A DNA stretch of 64,000 nucleotides from Candidatus Atabeyarchaeum deiterrae. Its GTDB lineage: Archaea; Asgardarchaeota; Atabeyarchaeia; Atabeyarchaeales; Atabeyarchaeaceae. Positions 55,900 through 64,000 of this stretch are shown here, piece by piece (the stretch's first letter is position 1; the number at the start of each line of letters is the position of its first letter). The stretch lies in assembly GCA_037310415.1 (NCBI GenBank), contig CP147780.1, forward strand, positions 2,692,680 through 2,756,679, read 5' to 3'. The notes beneath the pieces are model-generated. The model was not told the DNA's origin, did not search any database, and saw nothing but the letters and a program-made list of their open reading frames with translations. Both the position numbers and the translations under genes were made by a program.

Positions 55900-58689
55900 T
55901 CAAGCAGTAAAACTAGACTTTAAGACGCCTGATACTAGAGTCCCGGTGGATCTTTGAATACCTTCCTCGACCTTGTTCCGCACATCGTCGCCAAGCAACG
56001 CTGCTGCTTTCTTGAGGACCGCAAAGGCGTTTCCGTACTTGTTCCTCAATAGAATTGAGAACTGTTCACCGAACCATTCCCTTACTGAACTGCGTTTGCC
56101 TTCGCTTTGATCTGGAGGCACGAGTCTGAGCATCCACTTGTCTTCTCCTCTGCTCCACCCGATTCCGATGGGTTTTCCTATGTAGTTGGCTGGCTCACTG
56201 ACGATTTCTATCGGCAAGGCACCAATGGTAACTCTCTCGCTGTCAATTGACGTCAAGTAGCGTTCATCGACGTATCTTGATATAAATGAGAAAGTGTTCT
56301 CGACAGACATTCGTATATATTCCGATAGATGCATAGACACCAAGCCCGCGATATTGGTTTCTTTGACTTTCAGAAGTGGTTTGAGAATTGATGACATTTG
56401 TTTATGACCAATTAATTGTGCCACTCCTCGCTGGACGAGTGCACTTGGGACTCCAAGCCCCAAGATGACGCATGAATAAGCGTAGAGAAGTTCAGGCAAT
56501 CCTCCCTCAAAAAAGTCCGCGATAAGAGGTAGCTTATAGGAACTGACAGCGACGGGTGGAGCTTCAAGCATACCGTCAAAGTACTTGAGGAACAAGGGAC
56601 CAGTTTTGAGGCTCAGATCGATTTTCTCCTTAACAGATGCTATCTCAGAATATGTTCTCTTAATGACCTTCTCAAATGAAAGTTCAATTTGACTGGTCAG
56701 GGCTTTTTCAGGCTCTATGACATATTCCTTTTCTCTGTCATCTAATGTGTAGAGTGTCTGTTTAGCGAGAGCAGCTCGCTTTTCTCCTTCCGAGTTGGTC
56801 AATTCCTCAACCGAGGCATTGATGAATGACGTAAGTCTCTTCTCGAAAGCTATTATCGCGCCGTAGAGCTTTTCGGAGTCCTCAAGAAGAGGCTTGTAGG
56901 TTTTTCTGTCTGCTTTGGGTTTCTGAAGTTCGATTTTCGGCAAGGCTCGACTTCCGACACTTCTAAGATATGTGGCAAATCTCTTGAAGTTCTCGACAGA
57001 CGTCTGGTAGTAGTTCTGAAGGAATTGTTTCAGAGGTTCGTGAAATTCATTGGACAGAGTCTTTGCCATCTTGTCCAGAATGGAGGCGCTAAGGGTCTTC
57101 CAGTTTCCCCACAGTCTCCTTAGAAGTAGAGAATCCTGAGCCATAGCCACTTTTGAGTGTTCTTCTCCTTCAACTATTAGAGTGCCATCTTCCTTCTTAA
57201 CAATCTGATTCTCGATGCCAGTTGCAAGAAGATCAGTGTAAGTTGGAATATGCCCATGGATGTCCACAGTCTTCCACTTGTACTCCGCTAGGATGTTTAT
57301 GGCCCCGACGATCTGGTAAATGATCACAACTCTAAACATGTAGTCTCTGATGATTTTTGCCTTTTCAATAAAGAGATCTCTATCTACGAGAATCCTGTCC
57401 AAGATCTCCGCATAGCTTTGTGCTATTGTCTCGTAGAGTTTACTCTTGGCCTCGAAACACTCGGGTGAATCAGTTAGTGGTTCCTGTCTGGACATGATCT
57501 CCAATAGTGACTTCTCAAAAGATTTGTACAAAACCTCTGATCCCGCCAAGCTAGGGAGCGCGTCTCTGATGTCTCTTGGCTCCACCAGTCTTAGGAAAAG
57601 GCAGGCAGCGGTCTCACTAAAGGAAGAGCCGCACTTGTCAACGAACTTTTTCAGCAGGTCGACTAGTGTAGCGTCAGCTTTAAGGTTTGCAACTAGTTGG
57701 ATCATGGTTCCACAGGGGCCCTTGTCGGCTAGAAAGGATGAAATAAAGTCCGCGGCCATCTCGCGCAGTCCTTTCGATCCATTCGATTCGCTCAGGGATG
57801 GGTGTGCCAAGAGAAGCACCGAGGATCGCTTCCCCATTCTATTATATACAGCGTTGATGAATTCATTGTTCCATGTCTCTCTTCTCTCAGAGAGTCTGAA
57901 AAATGCTGTTTCATCATTGATGGAGCTGCCAATAGTCTCCAAGAAACTTGCCTTGACTTCATCGACAACTTTTTGCATGTCATTCATTGCTTGAGGCTTC
58001 ATGGTTTTTAGCTCCATCGCGATTTCCAGAGCTATTTTCCATTGATCCTCCTTTGTGTTGAGAGCTAGGAAAAGGTCTTGATCTGCGGTGACGACTATTA
58101 TCTCCTTGGCAACCAATAGCGTGAGCTCATCTTGCCCCAGCGCCAGATACTGGGCGGAGATTGCGCTCAAGAAAGGTTCAGACAAAGTAATGGTATTACC
58201 TAAAACTGATAGAGCTCTTCTAACGACATCTCTGAAGTCAACCGTGACCATGGGACGCATTCGTGTGGATGCTCGCCAAAGCTTAAGTGCCTCCAAGTAG
58301 ATTTCGGCTTTCCTGGCGAAGAGCGAGACGAAGTATCCTTTTGCTATCTCATTCCAGTCAGCGTTTGTGGCGATGACTTCCCCAACGATCCGTCCGAATT
58401 CACTGAAGAGGTTCAGAATCTGCTCATTTGATATTCCACGGATGATGACACTCGTGAGGACCTCTCGCCCCATGACTACGGATCGTCTGAGTATGAGTTT
58501 GCCTCCACCTGGCACATCGATCTTCATGCCGTCAGCTGCTGTCTTTCTGAGATCTATCTCCCGTGTGAATGAGTATACAGCGCTTGTAAGGCCCCCGGCT
58601 AGCGCTGGATCATGTCCTCGCGTCCCGTAGGAGAGAATCGGTCTGCCGTCGGGTAATAGGGCTATGATCTCAAGTGTCGTTGTTTCCAC
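55900..58689 (-). CDS. 929-aa protein with N-terminal longin-like domain and long helical body
   Basis: beta-beta-alpha start IIALLPDGRPIL...DPALAGGLTSAVYSFTRE, then three beta strands and a helix; the remainder is helical with no TM segment. Confidence 0.6.
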   Translation of the reverse strand: METTTLEIIALLPDGRPILSYGTRGHDPALAGGLTSAVYSFTREIDLRKTAADGMKIDVPGGGKLILRRSVVMGREVLTSVIIRGISNEQILNLFSEFGRIVGEVIATNADWNEIAKGYFVSLFARKAEIYLEALKLWRASTRMRPMVTVDFRDVVRRALSVLGNTITLSEPFLSAISAQYLALGQDELTLLVAKEIIVVTADQDLFLALNTKEDQWKIALEIAMELKTMKPQAMNDMQKVVDEVKASFLETIGSSINDETAFFRLSERRETWNNEFINAVYNRMGKRSSVLLLAHPSLSESNGSKGLREMAADFISSFLADKGPCGTMIQLVANLKADATLVDLLKKFVDKCGSSFSETAACLFLRLVEPRDIRDALPSLAGSEVLYKSFEKSLLEIMSRQEPLTDSPECFEAKSKLYETIAQSYAEILDRILVDRDLFIEKAKIIRDYMFRVVIIYQIVGAINILAEYKWKTVDIHGHIPTYTDLLATGIENQIVKKEDGTLIVEGEEHSKVAMAQDSLLLRRLWGNWKTLSASILDKMAKTLSNEFHEPLKQFLQNYYQTSVENFKRFATYLRSVGSRALPKIELQKPKADRKTYKPLLEDSEKLYGAIIAFEKRLTSFINASVEELTNSEGEKRAALAKQTLYTLDDREKEYVIEPEKALTSQIELSFEKVIKRTYSEIASVKEKIDLSLKTGPLFLKYFDGMLEAPPVAVSSYKLPLIADFFEGGLPELLYAYSCVILGLGVPSALVQRGVAQLIGHKQMSSILKPLLKVKETNIAGLVSMHLSEYIRMSVENTFSFISRYVDERYLTSIDSERVTIGALPIEIVSEPANYIGKPIGIGWSRGEDKWMLRLVPPDQSEGKRSSVREWFGEQFSILLRNKYGNAFAVLKKAAALLGDDVRNKVEEGIQRSTGTLVSGVLKSSFTA

Positions 58690-58933
58690 TCAGTCTACAC
58701 TCCCGAGGAATGTTCAAAGAGAGAAGGGTACTATAAACATTGTTGTGATGTTGGGAAGATCGCAAGCATGTTGCCCATGAAACCAATCGTTAGTGGGCTA
58801 GCTTCATATGTAGGCTAGACTGATTTGTGTGTGGATGCTGAAGAGGTTTGATCAATGGTACATTGACCGACTCTTCTCAATAGCATGTACGACAACAATG
58901 GATGGACTGTCGAGGCAGGAGTTGCCATCAAGT

Positions 58934-59542
58934 ATGTTTACTTTTGCTTTTGCATACGATGCGTTCCTTGCCACCTTCTTATTGATTGCATTCATGGAAA
59001 TCGGGGACAAGACCCAGATTGTTGTGATAGCGTTAGCATCCAAGTCAAAGCAGACGGGCATGGTTGCTCTAGGTTCTTCATTGGGCATTTCTGCCGTCAT
59101 TATCTTGGGCGTCGCTGTTGGCACTATCTTGGATTTGCTTATTCCAGTCGAGATCATTAATGTCGGTGGAGCCATTATATTCATAGTTCTTGGTTTGGTC
59201 ATACTGGCAAAAAGCAAGAAACACAATGATGAATCAGATCAACCCAACAACAGAAGGTCAAGATTAGGCGTCGGAAGGAGAAGCATGCTAGTTGCGTCGG
59301 CTATCTCCGTTGGACTTATGGAGTTCGGTGATAAGACACAGGTTGCCACAATCACGCTAGCCGCTACGTATGATTCACCTCTTTCTGTAGCGTTGGGAGC
59401 AATCGTTGCAGAAACAACGCTTATGATTCTGGCAGCTTTCATTGGGGCTAAGTTGCTGGGGAGAATTCGCAGAGATCTCGTGGATTATCTGTCTGCTACG
59501 CTTTTTATATTGGCTGGCATACTAATGTTAACCCTGCGATAG
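58934..59542 (+). CDS. TMEM165/GDT1 (UPF0016) Ca2+/Mn2+ transporter
   Basis: Two E-phi-G-D-K-T motifs (EIGDKT, EFGDKT); ATG 58934 follows AGGAG (the track starts at 58829). Confidence 0.9.
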   Translation: MFTFAFAYDAFLATFLLIAFMEIGDKTQIVVIALASKSKQTGMVALGSSLGISAVIILGVAVGTILDLLIPVEIINVGGAIIFIVLGLVILAKSKKHNDESDQPNNRRSRLGVGRRSMLVASAISVGLMEFGDKTQVATITLAATYDSPLSVALGAIVAETTLMILAAFIGAKLLGRIRRDLVDYLSATLFILAGILMLTLR

Positions 59543-59612
59543 AGGTATGGGCGATCTAGTTGACCAAGGGAATCTATCATGAGTCTAGGGGTTCTAGTGT
59601 TGGGCACAGATT

Positions 59613-60224
59613 CTATTTCTCGTAGTATCTTGAAGCAAAAACTGTGAAAACTACTAGCATAGCTGTCGAAGCAAGTAGGGCAATTCCAGTCATTCCAAAT
59701 GGAGGTACGACGCTGACGACGAGAAGCAGAGCGCCAAGTGAGACAACCATTGTAACGCCGATTATCGCCACTTGTCTCTTCGCGTACTCTTTCAGTACAA
59801 CCCTGTAGTTATCCGTGACGTTTTCGTCTTTGCCAACTATTATTGATTTGGCTATCTCCGAAAATGATGTTAATGATGTCGCAAATTCAATGAAGAAGAC
59901 TAGCAGAACAAAGTCGAAGATAGTGAAATACGGCTCCGCTACCTGATTCAGTACCATGATGATCGCCAAGACTACACCTGAAATGCCAACGGCGTGATTT
60001 GACTCTGAGAGAACGCCGAAAATCGCAAATAGCAAACTAGGCATAGATGCGGGCAGGGATACCCTAAGAAGGAAATCGTTTTCACGCAAGTAGGGACCGA
60101 AAATCCCGCAAGTCGGTGACGCGGTGATGAGATAAATAGGTATGGCGAGAATTGCGAGTCGTAGGACCAACAATTGGACTCTTAAGACGTTCAAGCCATT
60201 AGTATCGGTCTTCTTGCTGACCAT
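59613..60224 (-). CDS. membrane protein of the MoxR cluster
   Basis: About 6 hydrophobic helices; overlaps the DUF58 gene. Confidence 0.65.
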   Translation of the reverse strand: MVSKKTDTNGLNVLRVQLLVLRLAILAIPIYLITASPTCGIFGPYLRENDFLLRVSLPASMPSLLFAIFGVLSESNHAVGISGVVLAIIMVLNQVAEPYFTIFDFVLLVFFIEFATSLTSFSEIAKSIIVGKDENVTDNYRVVLKEYAKRQVAIIGVTMVVSLGALLLVVSVVPPFGMTGIALLASTAMLVVFTVFASRYYEK

Positions 60225-61501
60225 CTTGCAAATGCCTCCACAGTTTTTGATAGTGGCAACTCAGGATCCCACTGAATGGCTTCTATGCCAAGCTTTTTTA
60301 GAAACGCGTAGGCGTTTTCTCTTTCGAGTTTGACTAGCATTTTGGCGTCCGATTTCCATTTGGAATCTGATTTACTCGCCTCTAGATTGCTTCCATCATA
60401 TGCTGGTATGATCGCCACTACTCTCTGTCTCCGCTCAGCCATTTTACGAACAAGCTCTCTCATTTCATTGTTTCTTAGCGGAGATAGGAATATGATCGTT
60501 GATGATGGCTGGATTGCTCTCATTGTGCTCTCGATCTGGTAACTGTACACGTTGGGGTTCTTGGGTCTAGTATCTATCAAGTTGTCAGCCAATCTTACTA
60601 GTTGTTTTCTGCCGCTTCCTGACCTAACCCATGTCCAGAATTCTCCGATGACCACCAATCCGACTCGGTTGCCCATTCTCAGGAAGTAGTCGCTGATTGT
60701 TATGCATACTCTGATGTAGTCCTTGAGGAACAGGGTTGTGGATGCGGTTGAATCTATTATTACATAAATGTCAGCTATCCTTTCCCATTCGTACTCGTTT
60801 GAGAGCAATGTTCCCGTTCTTGCTGAGGCCTTCCAGTTTATTCTCCTAAAGTCGTCCGTAGAGGAGTACTCCCTTATTTCGAAAAACTCTGTTCCCAGTC
60901 CGGGTGACCTTGATGGGATTATGCCATGAAGGGGTCTCATGGATATTCTGCCGGTTGGAAACCTTCTTAGCTCTTCAAGTACTGGGTATGCTGAGACTGT
61001 AGTCTCAGATCTTTCTATTTTTTCGTCTAACGACGCGAGGAAAAAGTTCATTGTCCTTATCTTGGTGTTCGGAATCATGAAGTGACCTGGGAAAAGAGGT
61101 CTTGTCTGGTATCTTATTCTTCGAGTCTCCTTTCCTCTAATATATACTATGTAGTGATTGCTTCCTTGATTCACAACGAGTTCGTCGGGCAGTGAGGTCA
61201 GAATCTCCAGGAAGAGCGGGCGCGATCCTTCATTTCTTATCGTTTCTTCGACTACCAAGTCCTCTATGTCGCTGATTCTGTCTTTCGGAGTTCTTTGCAC
61301 GAATGAGAGTTTGAGTTGATTTGATCCTGAGAAGAAGCTTGCTGTGAAAACGTACACTATGACTACGAATGCTACTAGAAATGCGGTGGGTAGTGTTGCC
61401 ACGAATCCTACCACGATCAACAGTAGTTCTAGCGCGGCAATCGCGATCGCCTTCTCGGTTTTCCCCTTCTTTGCTACATCCTTTTGAGCAGCACTTGCCA
61501 T
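60191..61501 (-). CDS. DUF58 family protein
   Basis: GLGTEFFEIREY, RRINWKASAR, IIDSTAS; N-terminal TM pair. Confidence 0.88.
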   Translation of the reverse strand: MASAAQKDVAKKGKTEKAIAIAALELLLIVVGFVATLPTAFLVAFVVIVYVFTASFFSGSNQLKLSFVQRTPKDRISDIEDLVVEETIRNEGSRPLFLEILTSLPDELVVNQGSNHYIVYIRGKETRRIRYQTRPLFPGHFMIPNTKIRTMNFFLASLDEKIERSETTVSAYPVLEELRRFPTGRISMRPLHGIIPSRSPGLGTEFFEIREYSSTDDFRRINWKASARTGTLLSNEYEWERIADIYVIIDSTASTTLFLKDYIRVCITISDYFLRMGNRVGLVVIGEFWTWVRSGSGRKQLVRLADNLIDTRPKNPNVYSYQIESTMRAIQPSSTIIFLSPLRNNEMRELVRKMAERRQRVVAIIPAYDGSNLEASKSDSKWKSDAKMLVKLERENAYAFLKKLGIEAIQWDPELPLSKTVEAFARWSARRPILMA

Positions 61502-62454
61502 TATTTCATCACTTTTGGAACTGGAGTTCTTGAGAGAATCTCATCGATCATTTTTTCGGACTTAGCACCAGCCAACCACGGACCAGCCTTCAAGATCAAT
61601 CTGTGAGACAATGCTGATATTGCAACAGCCTTTATGTCATCAGGGATGACATAGTCTCGTCCGCGCAAGATGGCATTTGCTCTTGCAAGCTGCCATATCG
61701 CCAGCGAGCCACGGGGACTTGCGCCAACTTCGATGTTTGAATATCTCCGTGTTGACTGCACTATGTCGACGATATATGATTCTACGTCCTCCTCCACATG
61801 TACATTTTCGACGACTTTCTGCATCTCGACTATCTTCTCTGGGTTAGCTACTATGTTGACGTCGAACTCCTCCTTCTTCCGCTCTTTTCTTCTATCAAGA
61901 ATTTCTATCTCCTCGTCCTTGGAAGGATATCCGACGCTAATCCTCATCATGAATCGATCTATCTGTGCTTCTGGCAGAGGATAGACACCTTCATATTCAA
62001 TTGGGTTCTGCGTCGCGAGAACGATGAATGGTCTGTCGAGTACATTAGTTTCCCCTTCGATCGTCACCTGTCTTTCCTGCATCGCTTCGAGCAGCGCCGA
62101 TTGTGTCTTTGGTGGAGCTCTGTTTATCTCATCGGCCAGCAACACGTTGGTGAAGATCGGTCCCTTCATCAGTGAGAAACTACTATTTTTCTGGTCATAT
62201 ACATATGTGCCGATTATGTCTGACGGAAGCAGATCACTCACGAACTGGACACGTTTGAATTTACAGCCCATCGCTAATGAGAATGACCTCGCAATCGTGG
62301 TCTTAGCTAGACCAGGAAAGTCCTCGATCAAAATGTGACCGTTTGCCAAAACGCCAACCATGACTTTCTCCAAAACGTCATCTTTGCCAACTATGATACT
62401 TTTGACTTCGCTCAGTATCTTACTTGCTAGATCGCTCGCTTCCTTAATTTTCAT
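61501..62454 (-). CDS. MoxR family AAA+ ATPase
   Basis: EDFPGLAKT, LLADEINRAPPKTQSALLEAMQE, ATQNPIE, GASPRG. Confidence 0.95.
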   Translation of the reverse strand: MKIKEASDLASKILSEVKSIIVGKDDVLEKVMVGVLANGHILIEDFPGLAKTTIARSFSLAMGCKFKRVQFVSDLLPSDIIGTYVYDQKNSSFSLMKGPIFTNVLLADEINRAPPKTQSALLEAMQERQVTIEGETNVLDRPFIVLATQNPIEYEGVYPLPEAQIDRFMMRISVGYPSKDEEIEILDRRKERKKEEFDVNIVANPEKIVEMQKVVENVHVEEDVESYIVDIVQSTRRYSNIEVGASPRGSLAIWQLARANAILRGRDYVIPDDIKAVAISALSHRLILKAGPWLAGAKSEKMIDEILSRTPVPKVMK

Positions 62455-62935
62455 ACTTCTTTTCCCACCTCTTCATTTGCTCAAGCACTCTTCCGTACTC
62501 ATCAAACATTAGGTCTGCATCATTCCATCTGAAGATTCTCCTCCCTCGTCCTTCCACTGATAGTCTGCCAAGTGGTCCGCCTGATAAGTAACTCATAATT
62601 GTGGTGAAACCACCAAAGTTCTTTTTCAGAAATGAATCATTGAACAGCATCCTTCTGAGCTCGTCCTCTCCCATTCCGAGCGTCAAAGAGATCCGTTCGA
62701 TAATGTCATGATACATCCTTTCTTTGAGAAGGACCAACGAACGCGGGCTCCTATGATTCGATCTTAGCGATTCAGCTAATTCCTCGATCTCTCCCATGGG
62801 AGGTTTGAGTCTCGGTACGTCTACCCATGTCTCAAAATCGATCGTTCTTGATCTCAGCCACCTTGTCATCTCGAAAAGTATCAATATCATTGATACTATT
62901 AGGAGCACCCACCAGACAATCGTGTACGCCAGCAT
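62444..62935 (-). CDS. membrane-anchored hypothetical protein of the MoxR cluster
   Basis: N-terminal TM; overlaps the moxR start. Confidence 0.65.
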   Translation of the reverse strand: MLAYTIVWWVLLIVSMILILFEMTRWLRSRTIDFETWVDVPRLKPPMGEIEELAESLRSNHRSPRSLVLLKERMYHDIIERISLTLGMGEDELRRMLFNDSFLKKNFGGFTTIMSYLSGGPLGRLSVEGRGRRIFRWNDADLMFDEYGRVLEQMKRWEKKYEN

Positions 62936-62943
62936 CTATTTGC

Positions 62944-63801
62944 TCAGCTCTTTTCAACCTTTTTTCTAGGTATAGCTTTTTTCAAACCTTCATAATGCTC
63001 CCCTGCTTCCTCTTTCTGGGGCACCCCCATGGGATGAATGCTAAATCTAGCCTCCTCAAAAAGATGTGTCAAAGGAGTGAAGTCTTTTCCAACCTTTGGA
63101 ATGGAACTCAAAGCATTTTTCTCGAATTCCCTTGGTGTCATGTGCTCACCCAGTTGAACTCCCCGATCGACGATGATTTCTCTCCCTTGAGCATAGTAAG
63201 CTAGTATAGCCTTTCTCTCATCATCCACAGTGAACCTGATTACGCCAGAAGTGGTGAACTTTGGTCTGGTTGCTTCGTTCTCGATTGGCTCTTCAGCGTG
63301 CTTAGATTTGCCACCTATGTAAGTTCCTATCAATATTGTCGCGACTGCGAAGCCGACTGTGAAGATGCTAAATAGCAGCCATGCATAGAAAGCTGGCACC
63401 CCTGGAGGTGTCTGGTTACTACCGCCCGAGCTGGGAGGTTCGATTTGCGCGAGTGTTCCTCCAGACCCAAATGGGAACATGAAGACTAGAACAAAAATTA
63501 TCGTTGCAAGGAAGACAGCGCCGGCGATTGCGAGTACGGCACCAGCCACCGTTGAAAAGAACCCTGCAGTTTGACGCGCTCCTCCTTTTGTGATTCTCAG
63601 CGGTCGTTTCAGAAGATAGTATATTGCCACTCCTGTAATCATGACAAAAGGTAGTAATTCTCCCATCGTGTCGATGAGAGTTCCTCCGGCATTTTCGGGT
63701 GCATAATGAAGAATTGAACTCGCTAGGATCAGGATAATCGTTGAAGCGAACAGGAAGGTGACCCAAGATGCTAAACGGTGACTAGGTTTTCGGGTGTCCA
63801 T
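62944..63801 (-). CDS. DUF4129-domain membrane protein
   Basis: 4 TM, then HMTPREF...LTHLFEEARFS. Confidence 0.8.
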   Translation of the reverse strand: MDTRKPSHRLASWVTFLFASTIILILASSILHYAPENAGGTLIDTMGELLPFVMITGVAIYYLLKRPLRITKGGARQTAGFFSTVAGAVLAIAGAVFLATIIFVLVFMFPFGSGGTLAQIEPPSSGGSNQTPPGVPAFYAWLLFSIFTVGFAVATILIGTYIGGKSKHAEEPIENEATRPKFTTSGVIRFTVDDERKAILAYYAQGREIIVDRGVQLGEHMTPREFEKNALSSIPKVGKDFTPLTHLFEEARFSIHPMGVPQKEEAGEHYEGLKKAIPRKKVEKS

Positions 63802-64000
63802 TGAGGGCTGTCTCCATCTGGCAGTCTGACTGAAGACGGCTGCATCTTCTCCTTTGGAAAGGAGGGTTGAAACACTGTATATCTACATTTTGGTTTCCCA
63901 AGAAACTAATCCGATGAGAGATAAGAACGGACAAAAGGTAAGAAGAAATCCTACTTCTGTTCCATCTATTTGAAGACCGCGTAGACGAGCATTGCCGCAA

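Noticed and set aside
59613-63801. MoxR-DUF58-DUF4129 cluster as a novel system
   Set aside because: This arrangement is common in archaea and bacteria; nothing unusual was seen.
63782-64000. 72-aa minus-strand ORF at the right edge
   Set aside because: Not protein-like. Another frame ending ...AAMLVYAVFK-stop at 63966 may be the tail of an upstream gene but is too short to support.
1-64000. CRISPR arrays, IS elements, rRNA, Sec/Pyl read-through
   Set aside because: No regularly spaced repeats, transposase motifs, rRNA-like tracts or enzyme frames interrupted by TGA/TAG were noticed by eye; a computational scan would be needed to exclude subtle cases.

Overview
Gene-dense archaeal chromosomal window, most likely from an Asgard archaeon. 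This is inferred from three Rab-like small GTPases, a longin-like protein, a two-domain arrestin-like protein, tandem V4R proteins, an archaeal-type TyrRS and a BHB-intron tRNA. In order it contains: a por-type 2-oxoacid:ferredoxin oxidoreductase operon (cut at the left edge); a V4R pair with an amidohydrolase and YjbQ; a GT4; an arrestin/Rab region; a PLP decarboxylase-tyrS-methyltransferase group; and a ~13 kb uncharacterised catabolic cluster (2 Gfo/Idh/MocA, IlvD-family, TIM-barrel isomerase, FAH, BKACE, SDR, 2 M24 paralogs, IolD/ALS-like TPP enzyme). These are followed by a LeuA-family synthase with TldD/PmbA; a two-flavoprotein/CCG Fe-S oxidoreductase with a CrtC-like protein; a tRNA-Tyr(GTA) broken by three introns (missed by the ORF track); a corrinoid reactivase; rmlCBDA; a 929-aa longin-like protein; GDT1; and a MoxR/DUF58 cluster. 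No mobile element, CRISPR array or rRNA was seen. All family calls come from motif recognition by eye, not from database searches.
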